A stretch of 56,481 nt of DNA. Origin: Candidatus Hodarchaeota archaeon (GTDB taxonomy: Archaea; Asgardarchaeota; Heimdallarchaeia; Hodarchaeales; Hodarchaeaceae). The DNA is taken from the NCBI GenBank assembly GCA_016839815.1, contig JAEOTM010000033.1, positions 1 to 56,481 of the forward strand, read 5' to 3'. The notes beneath the pieces were generated by a model, which saw only the letters and a list, made by a program, of their open reading frames with translations, made no database searches and was not told the origin of the DNA. Positions 1 through 9,496 of this stretch are shown here, piece by piece (positions within the stretch are counted from its first letter, which is position 1; the number at the start of each line of letters is the position of its first letter). Position numbers and translations under genes: made by a program.

Positions 1-312
1 ATTAGTATCAATATTAGCTTCTATAGACCGAATACTATATTCTAAGAGTCCCAATACAAACCCAGAGGAGTATGTTTCTAGACTTGATGTAAGAGTGAAT
101 ACAGAACACACATCTTTTTGAATCTCTAATAACAGCTGTCTATTTTTGTTTAAAAGAGGATTGCCTAATTCTCCTTCCAATGAATCTAATGCCCAATATA
201 AGAATAAAGATTTCTCTGAATTTTGCACATCTGTAATAAACGGTATTAATCCATCTTGTTCTTTGAGTAACTTTTGGATTTCTGAAAAAACGATCGGTTG
301 AGCCAATTGCAT
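1..312 (-). CDS. Hypothetical protein, truncated by the window edge (not in ORF track)
   Basis: ATG at 312 with GAGGT SD-like sequence upstream; frame open to base 1 (MQLAQPIVFSEIQKLLKEQDGLIPF...). Confidence 0.7.
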   Translation of the reverse strand, partial: MQLAQPIVFSEIQKLLKEQDGLIPFITDVQNSEKSLFLYWALDSLEGELGNPLLNKNRQLLLEIQKDVCSVFTLTSSLETYSSGFVLGLLEYSIRSIEANIDTN

Positions 313-381
313 TACCTCAATATCTCTGATAATCAGCTGATTTTAGAGATAGCTCAAAAATGTTGACATTCAAAATAAAAT

Positions 382-399
382 TGATTGGTTAACCAATCA
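382..399. promoter_or_regulatory. Perfect 18-bp palindrome TGATTGGTTAACCAATCA, candidate operator
   Basis: Read directly; intergenic, about 70 bp upstream of the 312 start codon. Confidence 0.4.
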
Positions 400-445
400 G
401 AACGATGTATACAACTAAAAGAAAAAAAGTGGAGGATTGTTGGGA

Positions 446-2665
446 TTACCCAACAAGCATTCTGTAAACTTCGGCAGGATCGTGTTCACCAGGAGCTCTA
501 ATTTTAAATCGAATTTCGACTTTCTGCTCGGGTTGAACTTCTTCAAAAATCCATTTCATGGCTTGACCATTGTTTACTGAAGAATGTTCCTCATATCCGA
601 CTTCAGGATCTTCGTGAGTTTCACCAACTAACTCAAATCCATTTGGTAAAAAGTCTGTAATTTCAACGTTTTGAATAACGGCGGTACCATCATTCACACC
701 ACGAAGTACGACTTCATATTCATTGGCTTCCTCAGAGGAAGTAGAAGACACCATTTTACCTATTTTGAGTTTACGTCGTTCATGCACAACTGTAATTGGC
801 CCCGCTTCAGCTTCAGCTGATATGGGTTTCACCTCAGGATACATATTCCCTAGGACAGTAACCGTGCCGGAGAATTCTTCTTCTGGTCTGGCAGTAGCAT
901 ATAGTGGATATTTCACCAGTATTTCTTCTTCCTGCTCAAGAGGCCCAAAGATGGTTTCTTCAAGATGTTCCATTGTAATTACAACATTTCCATCAGAAAC
1001 GTCAAAGTCGAAGTTCTCAAGTTGTTCACTTTCTTTTAAGATTTCGATATGTTCTCGTTCAGGAGCTTCAAATCCTTCAGGGATAGCTTCTGATAGCTGG
1101 AGGTACATGATTTCTGTACTACCAATGGATTTAACAACCTGTTCAGAAATAACTTCTGTTCTTCTGAATGAGGGAATAACGAGAGGTTCGTAAGATTTAC
1201 TTACTTCAATACCCATAAATGGTAACGCATATCCAGGTAAAACACATTCTGCTACAACTTCTGCGTCAAACAGATATTTTACACTCAAATCAAGCTCTCT
1301 ACCAAATTGTGGAATCATATTGTCGTCTTCGACAGTTATTGTCCATGGATCAAGGGAAAATGTCTCACCAGGATCAATAGATCGCTCTTCTTCTGGAAAA
1401 TCTCTTCCTAACCACTCTACACGAACATTTCCTTCATCGAGAGGTCCTTCAAAGATTCTGACTTCCTTTAAGTCCATTTCAAATTCGCTAGTATTTTCGA
1501 GTTCAAACAAACAGTCGAAATCACCTGGATTTTCTTCTTGTTCTTCTCGAGAGATGAATTGAAATACTGAAGAACTACCAGTAATTGTATCTAATCCAAG
1601 ACCAGATAAACTCTTTTCTTTAACTTTGTAAGTAGCTTTAGTATCACCAATGATATAGGGATCATTGCTCTCTTCTGGTAACGTTACTCTCATAACACAG
1701 GATGCTTCTACGGAGTCGCCTGCTTCGATTTCTTCAATTGTCCAAAGGATATGACTACCGTCATCATCTGAGCTTTGAGTTAAACTACCAACATTGGCAT
1801 TGAAATCTCTTACATTTGTTGAATCGTCTAGAATGTATTTCTTAACAACTACATCGGTTAAAGCATCATCAAAGTCGTTTGTGAGTTTTAATGTGAATTT
1901 CATTCCAGATTCTTCACCTCTTGCGAAAAGTGGAGGGGAATCCTCTTTTTCTAAGTCCCAAAAGTCTTCTTGGACTTTTAATTTGGGTGCTTCAACTTGA
2001 AACTCAAATGGAACATATTTCGATGACCTAGGGTCCAATTCTTTTAGAGCAAAAGAATTTCCAAATACCGCTGTTCCCTGTTCTTCATCAGCTTCGAAAG
2101 TAACTTCATCGACGCCTTCTAATATAGTATCGATAGCCCATATTCTATCTTTACCACCTGTATTAGAAACTTCAAGTTTACCTGTACCAACGAGACCCTC
2201 GATTTGTTCACCTTCTTCATCGACTAGATTACTCTCTCTATCAATTCTATATTGAAGGGATTCTTGAATTTTGACATATAAGCCAGCTTGTCCTTTTTCT
2301 GTTTCATCTAGAGCACGATAATCTTCAGCAGCTCTTTCTTCATCTTCATCAGAAAACTCACTTTCTCCTACTGGTCTACCTGACTGCTGTATCCGATTTG
2401 CTCCGTCTTTGGCTTTATTTCGCGTCCCTCGATCTCTATCATCTCGTTGAATTCTCTGTAATACAGAGACTGCCTCTGGGTCGTTTAAAACTACAATTGA
2501 ATCAATTGCAGCTTTACGAACTTCTTTTTCTGGATCTTTCAGAGCAAAATCAAAGAGAACGTGCAAAGCAATCTTGTTCCGTTGTCTTTCAAGAGCTTTA
2601 ATAGCACTTATCTTTTCGTCTTTGCTGCTATTTCTATATTCGTCATATGACAATTTTGATGTCAC
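446..2665 (-). CDS. HEAT-repeat protein with putative mu-homology (adaptin MHD-like) domain and C-terminal Ig-like/DUF11-like domains
   Basis: aa 15-92 HEAT/PBS-type repeats (DPEKEVRKAAIDSI); aa ~128-362 follow the MHD pattern (LYVKIQESL..., HILWTIEEI, KSLSGLGL); C-terminal beta-rich repeats (NVEITDFLPNGF...MKWIF); very acidic; no signal peptide. Confidence 0.6.
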   Translation of the reverse strand: MTSKLSYDEYRNSSKDEKISAIKALERQRNKIALHVLFDFALKDPEKEVRKAAIDSIVVLNDPEAVSVLQRIQRDDRDRGTRNKAKDGANRIQQSGRPVGESEFSDEDEERAAEDYRALDETEKGQAGLYVKIQESLQYRIDRESNLVDEEGEQIEGLVGTGKLEVSNTGGKDRIWAIDTILEGVDEVTFEADEEQGTAVFGNSFALKELDPRSSKYVPFEFQVEAPKLKVQEDFWDLEKEDSPPLFARGEESGMKFTLKLTNDFDDALTDVVVKKYILDDSTNVRDFNANVGSLTQSSDDDGSHILWTIEEIEAGDSVEASCVMRVTLPEESNDPYIIGDTKATYKVKEKSLSGLGLDTITGSSSVFQFISREEQEENPGDFDCLFELENTSEFEMDLKEVRIFEGPLDEGNVRVEWLGRDFPEEERSIDPGETFSLDPWTITVEDDNMIPQFGRELDLSVKYLFDAEVVAECVLPGYALPFMGIEVSKSYEPLVIPSFRRTEVISEQVVKSIGSTEIMYLQLSEAIPEGFEAPEREHIEILKESEQLENFDFDVSDGNVVITMEHLEETIFGPLEQEEEILVKYPLYATARPEEEFSGTVTVLGNMYPEVKPISAEAEAGPITVVHERRKLKIGKMVSSTSSEEANEYEVVLRGVNDGTAVIQNVEITDFLPNGFELVGETHEDPEVGYEEHSSVNNGQAMKWIFEEVQPEQKVEIRFKIRAPGEHDPAEVYRMLVG

Positions 2666-2939
2666 CTTTCCTGTTTTTTATTAATATATTAAGTATAAAT
2701 TGTCCGCTCTGTTTACCAGATGTGAACAAACAAAGATTGAAAAATCTCTATTCAAGCGTTTTTTAAATTAATAATTAGTAAAAAAATTTATTGTTTATTC
2801 TCGGGGGAACTCGAAGATCGTAATTAATTACGTGTGAATTTTTATTTGATTGGGAAATACTCCGCTAAGATACTTTCTTGGGGCCTTTCATACCGACAAA
2901 AATAATGACACTCATTTATGCAGGAATAAAATCCTTTAC

Positions 2940-4316
2940 TTAAGACTCTGACGAGATTTTTTTAATAAAATCATTGAAACGACTAATTGACATCCTTAAA
3001 GCTTTTCTGAGCTGTTCAGACTCTGTAAAAGTGAGGATGTCTTCAATTGAAAATATACCGAGGTTATTTAATTTTACTAGAGTCTTTGGCCCGATTCCTG
3101 GAAGTGACAAAAGCCCTTTTGAAGGTTTGGTTTCATCTAGTGTTTCTGAATCCTCAGATATTGGTATATCTGTAAAATCAGAAGCACTCCTCATCCATTT
3201 AAGATATGTTTTCTTAGTTGTAATTCCACTGAGGAGTTCAAAAGTCGAATCGAGTAGTTCTTGAACAGTAAAAATCCCTACAGTGTTTATCTTACCTTCT
3301 GTTACTTTTCCTATCCCTTTAAGATTAATCACAGGCTGATTGAGAGGAGGTATTACCTCAGGTTTTATAATCATATCTGGTTCAATTATTCTACCAATCG
3401 GAGCTAATATTTCTCCTAACTCATTTGTTGAGATATCTAAAATCTTTTTAATAAGATCTACATCTTTAAAATCTAATAAATCAGTTTTTGACTTAATCCC
3501 TATCTTCTTCAGTTTTTTTACGAAAGCTGGAGTAATGCCTTTAATTACCTGTAAATCATCAGGAATAAAATCTTCATCTTTTTTGATATCTTTTTGACCA
3601 ATTTCTTCTGCTTTTTCACTGAGAAGAAGCTCTGCATCTTCTAGCATCTTCTCAAGTCTTTTATCACTTATTCTCATAACTTCAGCAAGGTAAATCCGGT
3701 TTTTATAGTTCCAAAGATCAGACACAGTCAGTACACTGATTTTAGCGAGTCGATTTGCATAAGTTTGGCCGATCCCCCTAACTTTGATAACTGAAATCGC
3801 TGTTATAACTTCAGAATCTAGTGTTGATACATCTACTTCTTCTTTAACTTCGATGACCGTTTCCAGAGGTGATATTTCACTTATTATCTCCTCTTCCACT
3901 ATTGGAACCAACTCTGGTAATTGATATATTATATCTCCACCGAGTAATGGAAATTCTACTCTTACTGATTTCTCAACAAAAAAGATTTGACTGAATGATA
4001 ATGATTGGCCAATTTCTCGACCCGCTTTTCGAACCTCCCTTATATTCTTTACACTATCCACCTTCACTTGCCATATTCCCAAATGTTCGTCTCGTATAGC
4101 AGTCGGAATTGGCCAATTGTTTACCAGTATATCACTTAGACCTTTTCCATATCTATTTAGTCGTGAATTCTGCTTATGATCAAGAATTTGTAACCGATAA
4201 CGCCCAGGTATAAGATCATTTTCAAATGAAACGTGAACATTAACTCTTTCCCCTGGTTTAAACGCAAAAACGCTTAGAATCGGATTATCGGCTAAGCAGA
4301 TACAAATAGAGGGCAT
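2940..4316 (-). CDS. Ig/MG2-like N-terminal domain plus four helix-hairpin-helix modules (DUF4332/Rad51-N-like)
   Basis: Four HhH units: VRGIGQTYANRL, DDLQVIKGITP, NLKGIGKVTE, SLPGIGPKT. ATG 4316 preferred over GTG 4343. Confidence 0.7.
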   Translation of the reverse strand: MPSICICLADNPILSVFAFKPGERVNVHVSFENDLIPGRYRLQILDHKQNSRLNRYGKGLSDILVNNWPIPTAIRDEHLGIWQVKVDSVKNIREVRKAGREIGQSLSFSQIFFVEKSVRVEFPLLGGDIIYQLPELVPIVEEEIISEISPLETVIEVKEEVDVSTLDSEVITAISVIKVRGIGQTYANRLAKISVLTVSDLWNYKNRIYLAEVMRISDKRLEKMLEDAELLLSEKAEEIGQKDIKKDEDFIPDDLQVIKGITPAFVKKLKKIGIKSKTDLLDFKDVDLIKKILDISTNELGEILAPIGRIIEPDMIIKPEVIPPLNQPVINLKGIGKVTEGKINTVGIFTVQELLDSTFELLSGITTKKTYLKWMRSASDFTDIPISEDSETLDETKPSKGLLSLPGIGPKTLVKLNNLGIFSIEDILTFTESEQLRKALRMSISRFNDFIKKISSES

Positions 4317-4378
4317 TTCAGACACGTTTCTAACGCTATTCACTCTTAGATATCGACAGAAAATTGAAGTATTTAGAA

Positions 4379-4702
4379 TTATTCTCCAGTAAAGAACTTG
4401 ACTTGATCTTTTACCTCGAAGAATAACTGGAAATTTTCAAATTCTGACTCAATACAGATCTGCCAGAGACCAAAATGTCTAGTTTTCAGTAGTTTTGGAA
4501 TCGGCCATTGTAATTCGATACCATCTTCAGACCCTTTACCATACCGATTTAATCTTGCGTTTTCTTTGCGATCAAGAATTCTTAATCGGTATTTATCAGG
4601 TATCTGTGAAAATTTTGCGTTAAACCTGAATTTTTGACCTGGTAAATATGTGTATAGCGCATTGTCTGCATTATTCGTTGATTTAAGGGAAAATTCTTTC
4701 AT
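4379..4702 (-). CDS. Small beta-sandwich protein, paralogous to the N-terminal domain of the downstream HhH protein
   Basis: Shares YRLxILDxKxNxRLNRYGKG, WPIP and GxWQ with 2940..4316. Confidence 0.75.
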   Translation of the reverse strand: MKEFSLKSTNNADNALYTYLPGQKFRFNAKFSQIPDKYRLRILDRKENARLNRYGKGSEDGIELQWPIPKLLKTRHFGLWQICIESEFENFQLFFEVKDQVKFFTGE

Positions 4703-4763
4703 TTGTGATAATATTCTGTAACTTCCCGATAAGGAGCAACATTATCGACATAACATTTGCAGA

Positions 4764-6071
4764 TCATGTAGTACTTCTTCTTCGTCTGATCTTCCAGAGA
4801 AGTCCACTAAAGATAATGACACCTATCAGAAGAACTAGTGTTGCAGCAAAAAAAGCATATCTGTAAGCAATTACTTCTGCTACACCTGAATAGATTTGGG
4901 TATCAATTATCGGACCTGTTAAAAATGTACCAGCAAGTCCCCAACTCAAAAAGAAGGTTGTATTAAAGATACTAAATCCTTTGGCACGTTGTTCCGCTGG
5001 TATAAGTTCAGAGACGAAAGCATATGATGCTGCCGTCACGATCACATCTCCCACTCCTCTTAAGGTACTTGCAAGATAGAGTAAGGGGAGAGAGGTACTG
5101 AATGTAATCATTAATAGAGACAATATTCCTATCCATGAACCTAGTAAAGTGGAATTGCCATCACCGATTTTAGCCCCTAACTTCCCCACGAATAATCCTA
5201 CTACAATAATACCGACGGATTGAAAATTTAATAGGATACTTAATTCACCTGAACCCATATCAAAACCAGATTCAAGCACCATATATTGTGAAAATATGAC
5301 AGCTAATGAGTTTCTTCCAAAATTAATAAACACCATGGCTATTAGGAAAATGAGGAATATGTAAGTTGTCTTCTCTTTTCGTGGTACAGATAATTCCTCT
5401 GCTAAAGATGTTTCCAAAGATTCTTTTTCTGTTTCTTCTTTGATTCCACCTTCTGGAATGAAAAACATAGGTATTGTTGAAATAAACATGACAAATGCGG
5501 CAATATAGAATAGAGAGCCATCATAAAAACCCCATCCCGGATACAGCGTTGTCAAACCATCATACAAGGCTCCTCCGATCAAAATTCCAATGATTCGTCC
5601 TACACCGCCGATACTAGAGAGTTGTCCTTGAATTTTCTGTCGTGTTTCATATTTATACAGATCAGAAATCAGCGAACTCCATCCTGTATTACTCATGCTC
5701 CAAAAGAATTCTACTCCACTCAGTCCTAGTATTATTACCCAACCAGCAACAAGAGGATTTGAAACCATTCGATGTGCAAAGAAAACGAACAAGGTGCTAA
5801 ATCCCGCCGAAATTTCTCCAATCACAACTAACGTTCGTCGCAATTGATATTTATCTGATATGATTCCCCAGAGGAATAATTGACATGAAGAATTGACGAT
5901 CATCGGTAAGGAAGCAAAGAGTGTGGTCTCTGTCACACTCAGTCCAAGAAATTCTCGTAAATAAATCGAAAGGTAGGTATAGAATAACCCTCTCCTAAAC
6001 ATTGCTAGGATTTGGAAGGAAGATAAACCAAAAAAGATAGTTGAACGACTTGATTTCTTATTCTTGAACAT
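4764..6071 (-). CDS. MFS transporter
   Basis: About 12 hydrophobic segments; motif A-like WGIISDKYQLRR; ATG 6071 follows a GAGGA SD-like sequence. Confidence 0.85.
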   Translation of the reverse strand: MFKNKKSSRSTIFFGLSSFQILAMFRRGLFYTYLSIYLREFLGLSVTETTLFASLPMIVNSSCQLFLWGIISDKYQLRRTLVVIGEISAGFSTLFVFFAHRMVSNPLVAGWVIILGLSGVEFFWSMSNTGWSSLISDLYKYETRQKIQGQLSSIGGVGRIIGILIGGALYDGLTTLYPGWGFYDGSLFYIAAFVMFISTIPMFFIPEGGIKEETEKESLETSLAEELSVPRKEKTTYIFLIFLIAMVFINFGRNSLAVIFSQYMVLESGFDMGSGELSILLNFQSVGIIVVGLFVGKLGAKIGDGNSTLLGSWIGILSLLMITFSTSLPLLYLASTLRGVGDVIVTAASYAFVSELIPAEQRAKGFSIFNTTFFLSWGLAGTFLTGPIIDTQIYSGVAEVIAYRYAFFAATLVLLIGVIIFSGLLWKIRRRRSTT

Positions 6072-6334
6072 TAATTTTCCTCTTAAATCCAGTATTTGTA
6101 ACCCAAAGATCGTTCCATCATAATCTATTATTTTGTTCAAAAGATATTTGAAGATCAATCCTAGAAATATCTTTACGGCACCTAACAAGTCCATCAATAA
6201 GAAGGATTTACCAATTAATTGTATTGAAAAGGAATTGGCTGTTACAATAAATATTTACCCCTTCGATCACTAAGTTGGCATTTAGGAGCAAAATAACCCA
6301 TTTATTCTTAAGGAATAATAATGAGGAAATAAAA

Positions 6335-6727
6335 ATGAGTCCCCAAAAGAAAAAGCCACCGAAAAGAGGCAAGGGTAAACGTAAAGGTTTTGCTCCAGAT
6401 CCCGGTTTTTCCAGACGTACTCGCTATCCAAGTGAGGCCGAAGTCATCGGAGTAGTTATTCGAAACCTTGGAGCACGAAGAATGGATGTACTATGTGCTG
6501 ATCAAGTTAAAAGAGTTGCACGAATTCCTGGTCGTTTCAGAAGAGGATATAGGATCACTGTAAATGATGTTGTATTAGTTGAACCTTGGGATGACCTTTC
6601 TGGTGATAGAGGAGATATCACATATCGCTATCGAAAAAATGAAATCCGTCCTCTTTCTAGACGCTACAAAAAGGAATTAGATTCACTAGATGTGGAAATT
6701 CCTCGAGTAATGGAAGAACAACCTTAA
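6335..6727 (+). CDS. eif1a: Translation initiation factor aIF1A/eIF1A
   Basis: EVIGVVIRNLGARRMDVLCAD...RIPGRFRR...DVVLVEPWD...GDITYRY; ATG 6335 after GAGGA. Confidence 0.92.
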   Translation: MSPQKKKPPKRGKGKRKGFAPDPGFSRRTRYPSEAEVIGVVIRNLGARRMDVLCADQVKRVARIPGRFRRGYRITVNDVVLVEPWDDLSGDRGDITYRYRKNEIRPLSRRYKKELDSLDVEIPRVMEEQP

Positions 6728-6798
6728 GTCTTACTGGGAATTAAATTTCCTTAGATCCTTGTTTTTAGGATCCTTATTCGCGCATAGGTGACTTAAAT

Positions 6799-7578
6799 TT
6801 GACTTACATTATTGCACATAGAGGATATTGTAAGACAACTGAACCTGATAATAGTATTCCCGCTTTTCAATCAGCTCTTAATGCAAAAGCAGATGGAATA
6901 GAATTTGATATACAACTTTCGTCAGATGAACATTTTGTGTGCTTTCATGATCCAGATCTTTCGAATCTTGGTCGGCCAGAACAACTCAATGAGTTAGACC
7001 TTAAAACTCTTACAGAAATTGAATTGGCAACAGGAATAACTATTCCATCTCTTGCAGATGTTTTGGAAAAATATGGAAACAGAATTTTCTTGAATATAGA
7101 ACTGAAAACTCAGAATAAGGGGGTAGAGGAGTTAATCCAGTTACTTAATCAATATGATATTGAAAAAAATCCAAAAAAACTCATCATTTCATCTTTTCAC
7201 GGGAACGCATTAAAGAATATTAAAAATCTTGATTCTGATATTCCTACTGGATTGTTAGTTGAATTCTCACGAAATATGATTTCTCAAGTTCAAGAATATA
7301 ATTGCGATGCACTTCACCTTTTTTACAACGAAGTTCCTGATGGATGGATAAATCTACCTTTCTGGCTATCTTCAAAAATTCATAAATTCTATGCACATCG
7401 GTGTTTTTCCAAAGCAAGTACTCTCGGTATTTTTGTGAACCCTTATACTGTGAATTCAGATCAATATTTACGTAATTGCTTTGAACGCAATGTAAATGGT
7501 GTTATAACAGATAATGTTGAGCGTGCTTACCAAATTAGGAAAGAAACAGTTAATCCCGACCGAAGGTCCACCAACTAA
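6799..7578 (+). CDS. Glycerophosphodiester phosphodiesterase family protein
   Basis: IIAHRG, ADGIEFDIQLS, FHD, LNIELK, GVITD motifs. Confidence 0.9.
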   Translation: MTYIIAHRGYCKTTEPDNSIPAFQSALNAKADGIEFDIQLSSDEHFVCFHDPDLSNLGRPEQLNELDLKTLTEIELATGITIPSLADVLEKYGNRIFLNIELKTQNKGVEELIQLLNQYDIEKNPKKLIISSFHGNALKNIKNLDSDIPTGLLVEFSRNMISQVQEYNCDALHLFYNEVPDGWINLPFWLSSKIHKFYAHRCFSKASTLGIFVNPYTVNSDQYLRNCFERNVNGVITDNVERAYQIRKETVNPDRRSTN

Positions 7579-8050
7579 TTCCAGTATTCTTATAGAGAAA
7601 TTTTCCCTCAATAATTTCCTCAGTTTCTAATAATTTGGGAGTAAATATTCGATCCCCACCCCACATATTCTCATATGGCACTTTTTCTTTTAGAAACCAA
7701 TGTAATTCCCCTTCAGAATTCGTAAAGTCTCTTTTTTCCTTTACAGTTACTGTATAGATAAATACTAACCAGTTAAATGCGGGTAAATCTTCTGATTCCT
7801 TCTTTCGATTAATTTCGTCAAAGTAAATATACCCTCGAAAATGAACTTCTGAAGGGTCAAACTCATAACCGGCTTCTTCCTTGATTTCTCGGATTATACA
7901 CTCAAGAGGAGTTTCTCCTGGTTCAAGTCTACCCCCAATTCCGACATACTTCCCCTCATGAAAGTCATTTTCCTTCTTATTTCGATAAAGTAACAGGACT
8001 TCATTTTCATAAAAAATGTAAGCTAAAGTTGCGAGTTTATGCATAGGCAT
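7550..8050 (-). CDS. Nudix hydrolase, 8-oxo-dGTP diphosphatase (MutX/MTH1-like)
   Basis: Nudix box GGRLEPGETPLECIIREIKEEAG; EGELHW and MWGGD motifs. Confidence 0.88.
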   Translation of the reverse strand: MPMHKLATLAYIFYENEVLLLYRNKKENDFHEGKYVGIGGRLEPGETPLECIIREIKEEAGYEFDPSEVHFRGYIYFDEINRKKESEDLPAFNWLVFIYTVTVKEKRDFTNSEGELHWFLKEKVPYENMWGGDRIFTPKLLETEEIIEGKFLYKNTGISWWTFGRD

Positions 8051-8236
8051 TCTAATTTTCGTCCAATGGTACAGAAATTATCTAACTAAAAATTTTTTTG
8101 CAACAACCCTTAGATAGCTCAACGGAAATTTAGAACTAAGTGATTTTCCACAGATATGAATTATACTCTTAGTCCTCTTAGTCTTTATCTCAGTAATTAT
8201 AAAATAACCACGAATTCGATCTAGTAGAGAGTAAAA

Positions 8237-8734
8237 ATGAAAGAATCAGAAATGAATGATCCAACATTTGCAATTGATATCAGACAGAGTAAAATATCTG
8301 ATGTTGACGCAATTAATGAACTTGAGAAACAAGTATTCTCATCAAAAATGCGTTATGGTCCTTCTCTGATTATGGCAATTATTAATACCTCATTACCTCA
8401 TTTAGCTCAAACAGCAATATTAAAAGATCAGAATACGATAGTAGGTTTTATTGCAGGAGAAATTGACAGTAGAAATCCTCTATTGGGAAGAATTATTACG
8501 ATAGAAGTCGATCCAAAGCTTCAACATCATAAAATTGGAAAACAACTACTGTTATCTTTTGAAAGGAAGATTAGTGATCATTATTCAGTAGAAAATCTTG
8601 AATTACAGGTTCATTATGAAAATCATAAAGCGATCCGTTTCTATAAAAAACATGGGTTTTCTGAGGTTAAAAAGTTAAAAAACTACTATGCACGAAAAGA
8701 ACATGCGATTCTTATGCATAAACTGCTCAGTTAA
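8237..8734 (+). CDS. GNAT acetyltransferase, RimI/Ard1-like
   Basis: IEVDPKLQHHKIGKQLL, LQVHYENHKAIRFYKKHGF, KNYY...AILM. Confidence 0.85.
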   Translation: MKESEMNDPTFAIDIRQSKISDVDAINELEKQVFSSKMRYGPSLIMAIINTSLPHLAQTAILKDQNTIVGFIAGEIDSRNPLLGRIITIEVDPKLQHHKIGKQLLLSFERKISDHYSVENLELQVHYENHKAIRFYKKHGFSEVKKLKNYYARKEHAILMHKLLS

Positions 8735-9485
8735 AGTTACTATTTTCATTTAATGCATTAATAATTCGAGGGAAGATTTCTCCAGCTTTTCCTTGAATAA
8801 CCACGTTTGCGTAATTATCCATACTTGTTGGCTCCTCATTTATAATTATAAGAGGAGTATTAGCAAAACTTACAACAGAAGGTAAAGCTGCCGCTGGGTA
8901 TACACTTAAACTGCTACCTATAATTATTACTAAATCTGCCTTAAGAAGAGCTCGTCTAGCCTCTTCAAATACATCGACAGGAGGAAGTTCACTGAATAAA
9001 ACTACATTTGGTTTTATTAATCCATCACACACCGTACATCTCGGTACATGTGCTGTTTCACGAATTTTCTCCACTGTTACACGATCATATTGTTTTTCAC
9101 AACTTAAACATGAAGCAGTTTCTCCTGTTCCATGGAGTTCAAGAACACGAGAGCTTCCTGCACGTTGATGTAGAAAATCAATGTTTTGAGTAATTACAGT
9201 TGTCAATTTACCCATAGATTCTAATGTTGCAAGTGCTAGATGGGCAGGATTAGGTTCTGCTGTTAACACCATCTCAGAAAGTTCAGAATGCATTGTCCAA
9301 AACTTTTCTGGCCATTTTAGGAATGCAGAATATTCTGCGTATTCATTCGGATCAAATCTCTCCCATAGTCCTCCAGAGCTCCGAAAATCTGGAATACCCG
9401 ATTCTACACTTATACCAGCACCTGTAAAAGCTACAATATTTGATTTTTTCTTTATCAAATCTGCCGCCTGTTTGTATAAATTCAC
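8727..9485 (-). CDS. cobB: NAD-dependent protein deacylase, Sir2 family
   Basis: GAGISVESGIPDFRS, TQNIDFLHQRAG, ELHG, two CxxC pairs, KPNVVLF, GSSLSVYPAA. Confidence 0.93.
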   Translation of the reverse strand: MNLYKQAADLIKKKSNIVAFTGAGISVESGIPDFRSSGGLWERFDPNEYAEYSAFLKWPEKFWTMHSELSEMVLTAEPNPAHLALATLESMGKLTTVITQNIDFLHQRAGSSRVLELHGTGETASCLSCEKQYDRVTVEKIRETAHVPRCTVCDGLIKPNVVLFSELPPVDVFEEARRALLKADLVIIIGSSLSVYPAAALPSVVSFANTPLIIINEEPTSMDNYANVVIQGKAGEIFPRIINALNENSNFN

Positions 9486-9496
9486 TTTCGAGATCC

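Noticed and set aside
723-2601. Plus-strand ORFs opposite the 739-aa gene, and the many similar Ser/Ile/Phe-rich antisense ORFs throughout the track
   Set aside because: Shadow frames of well-supported genes on the other strand, with no motifs.
2819-2832. 14-bp palindrome CGTAATTAATTACG
   Set aside because: Mostly low-complexity AT sequence; a single occurrence with no further support.
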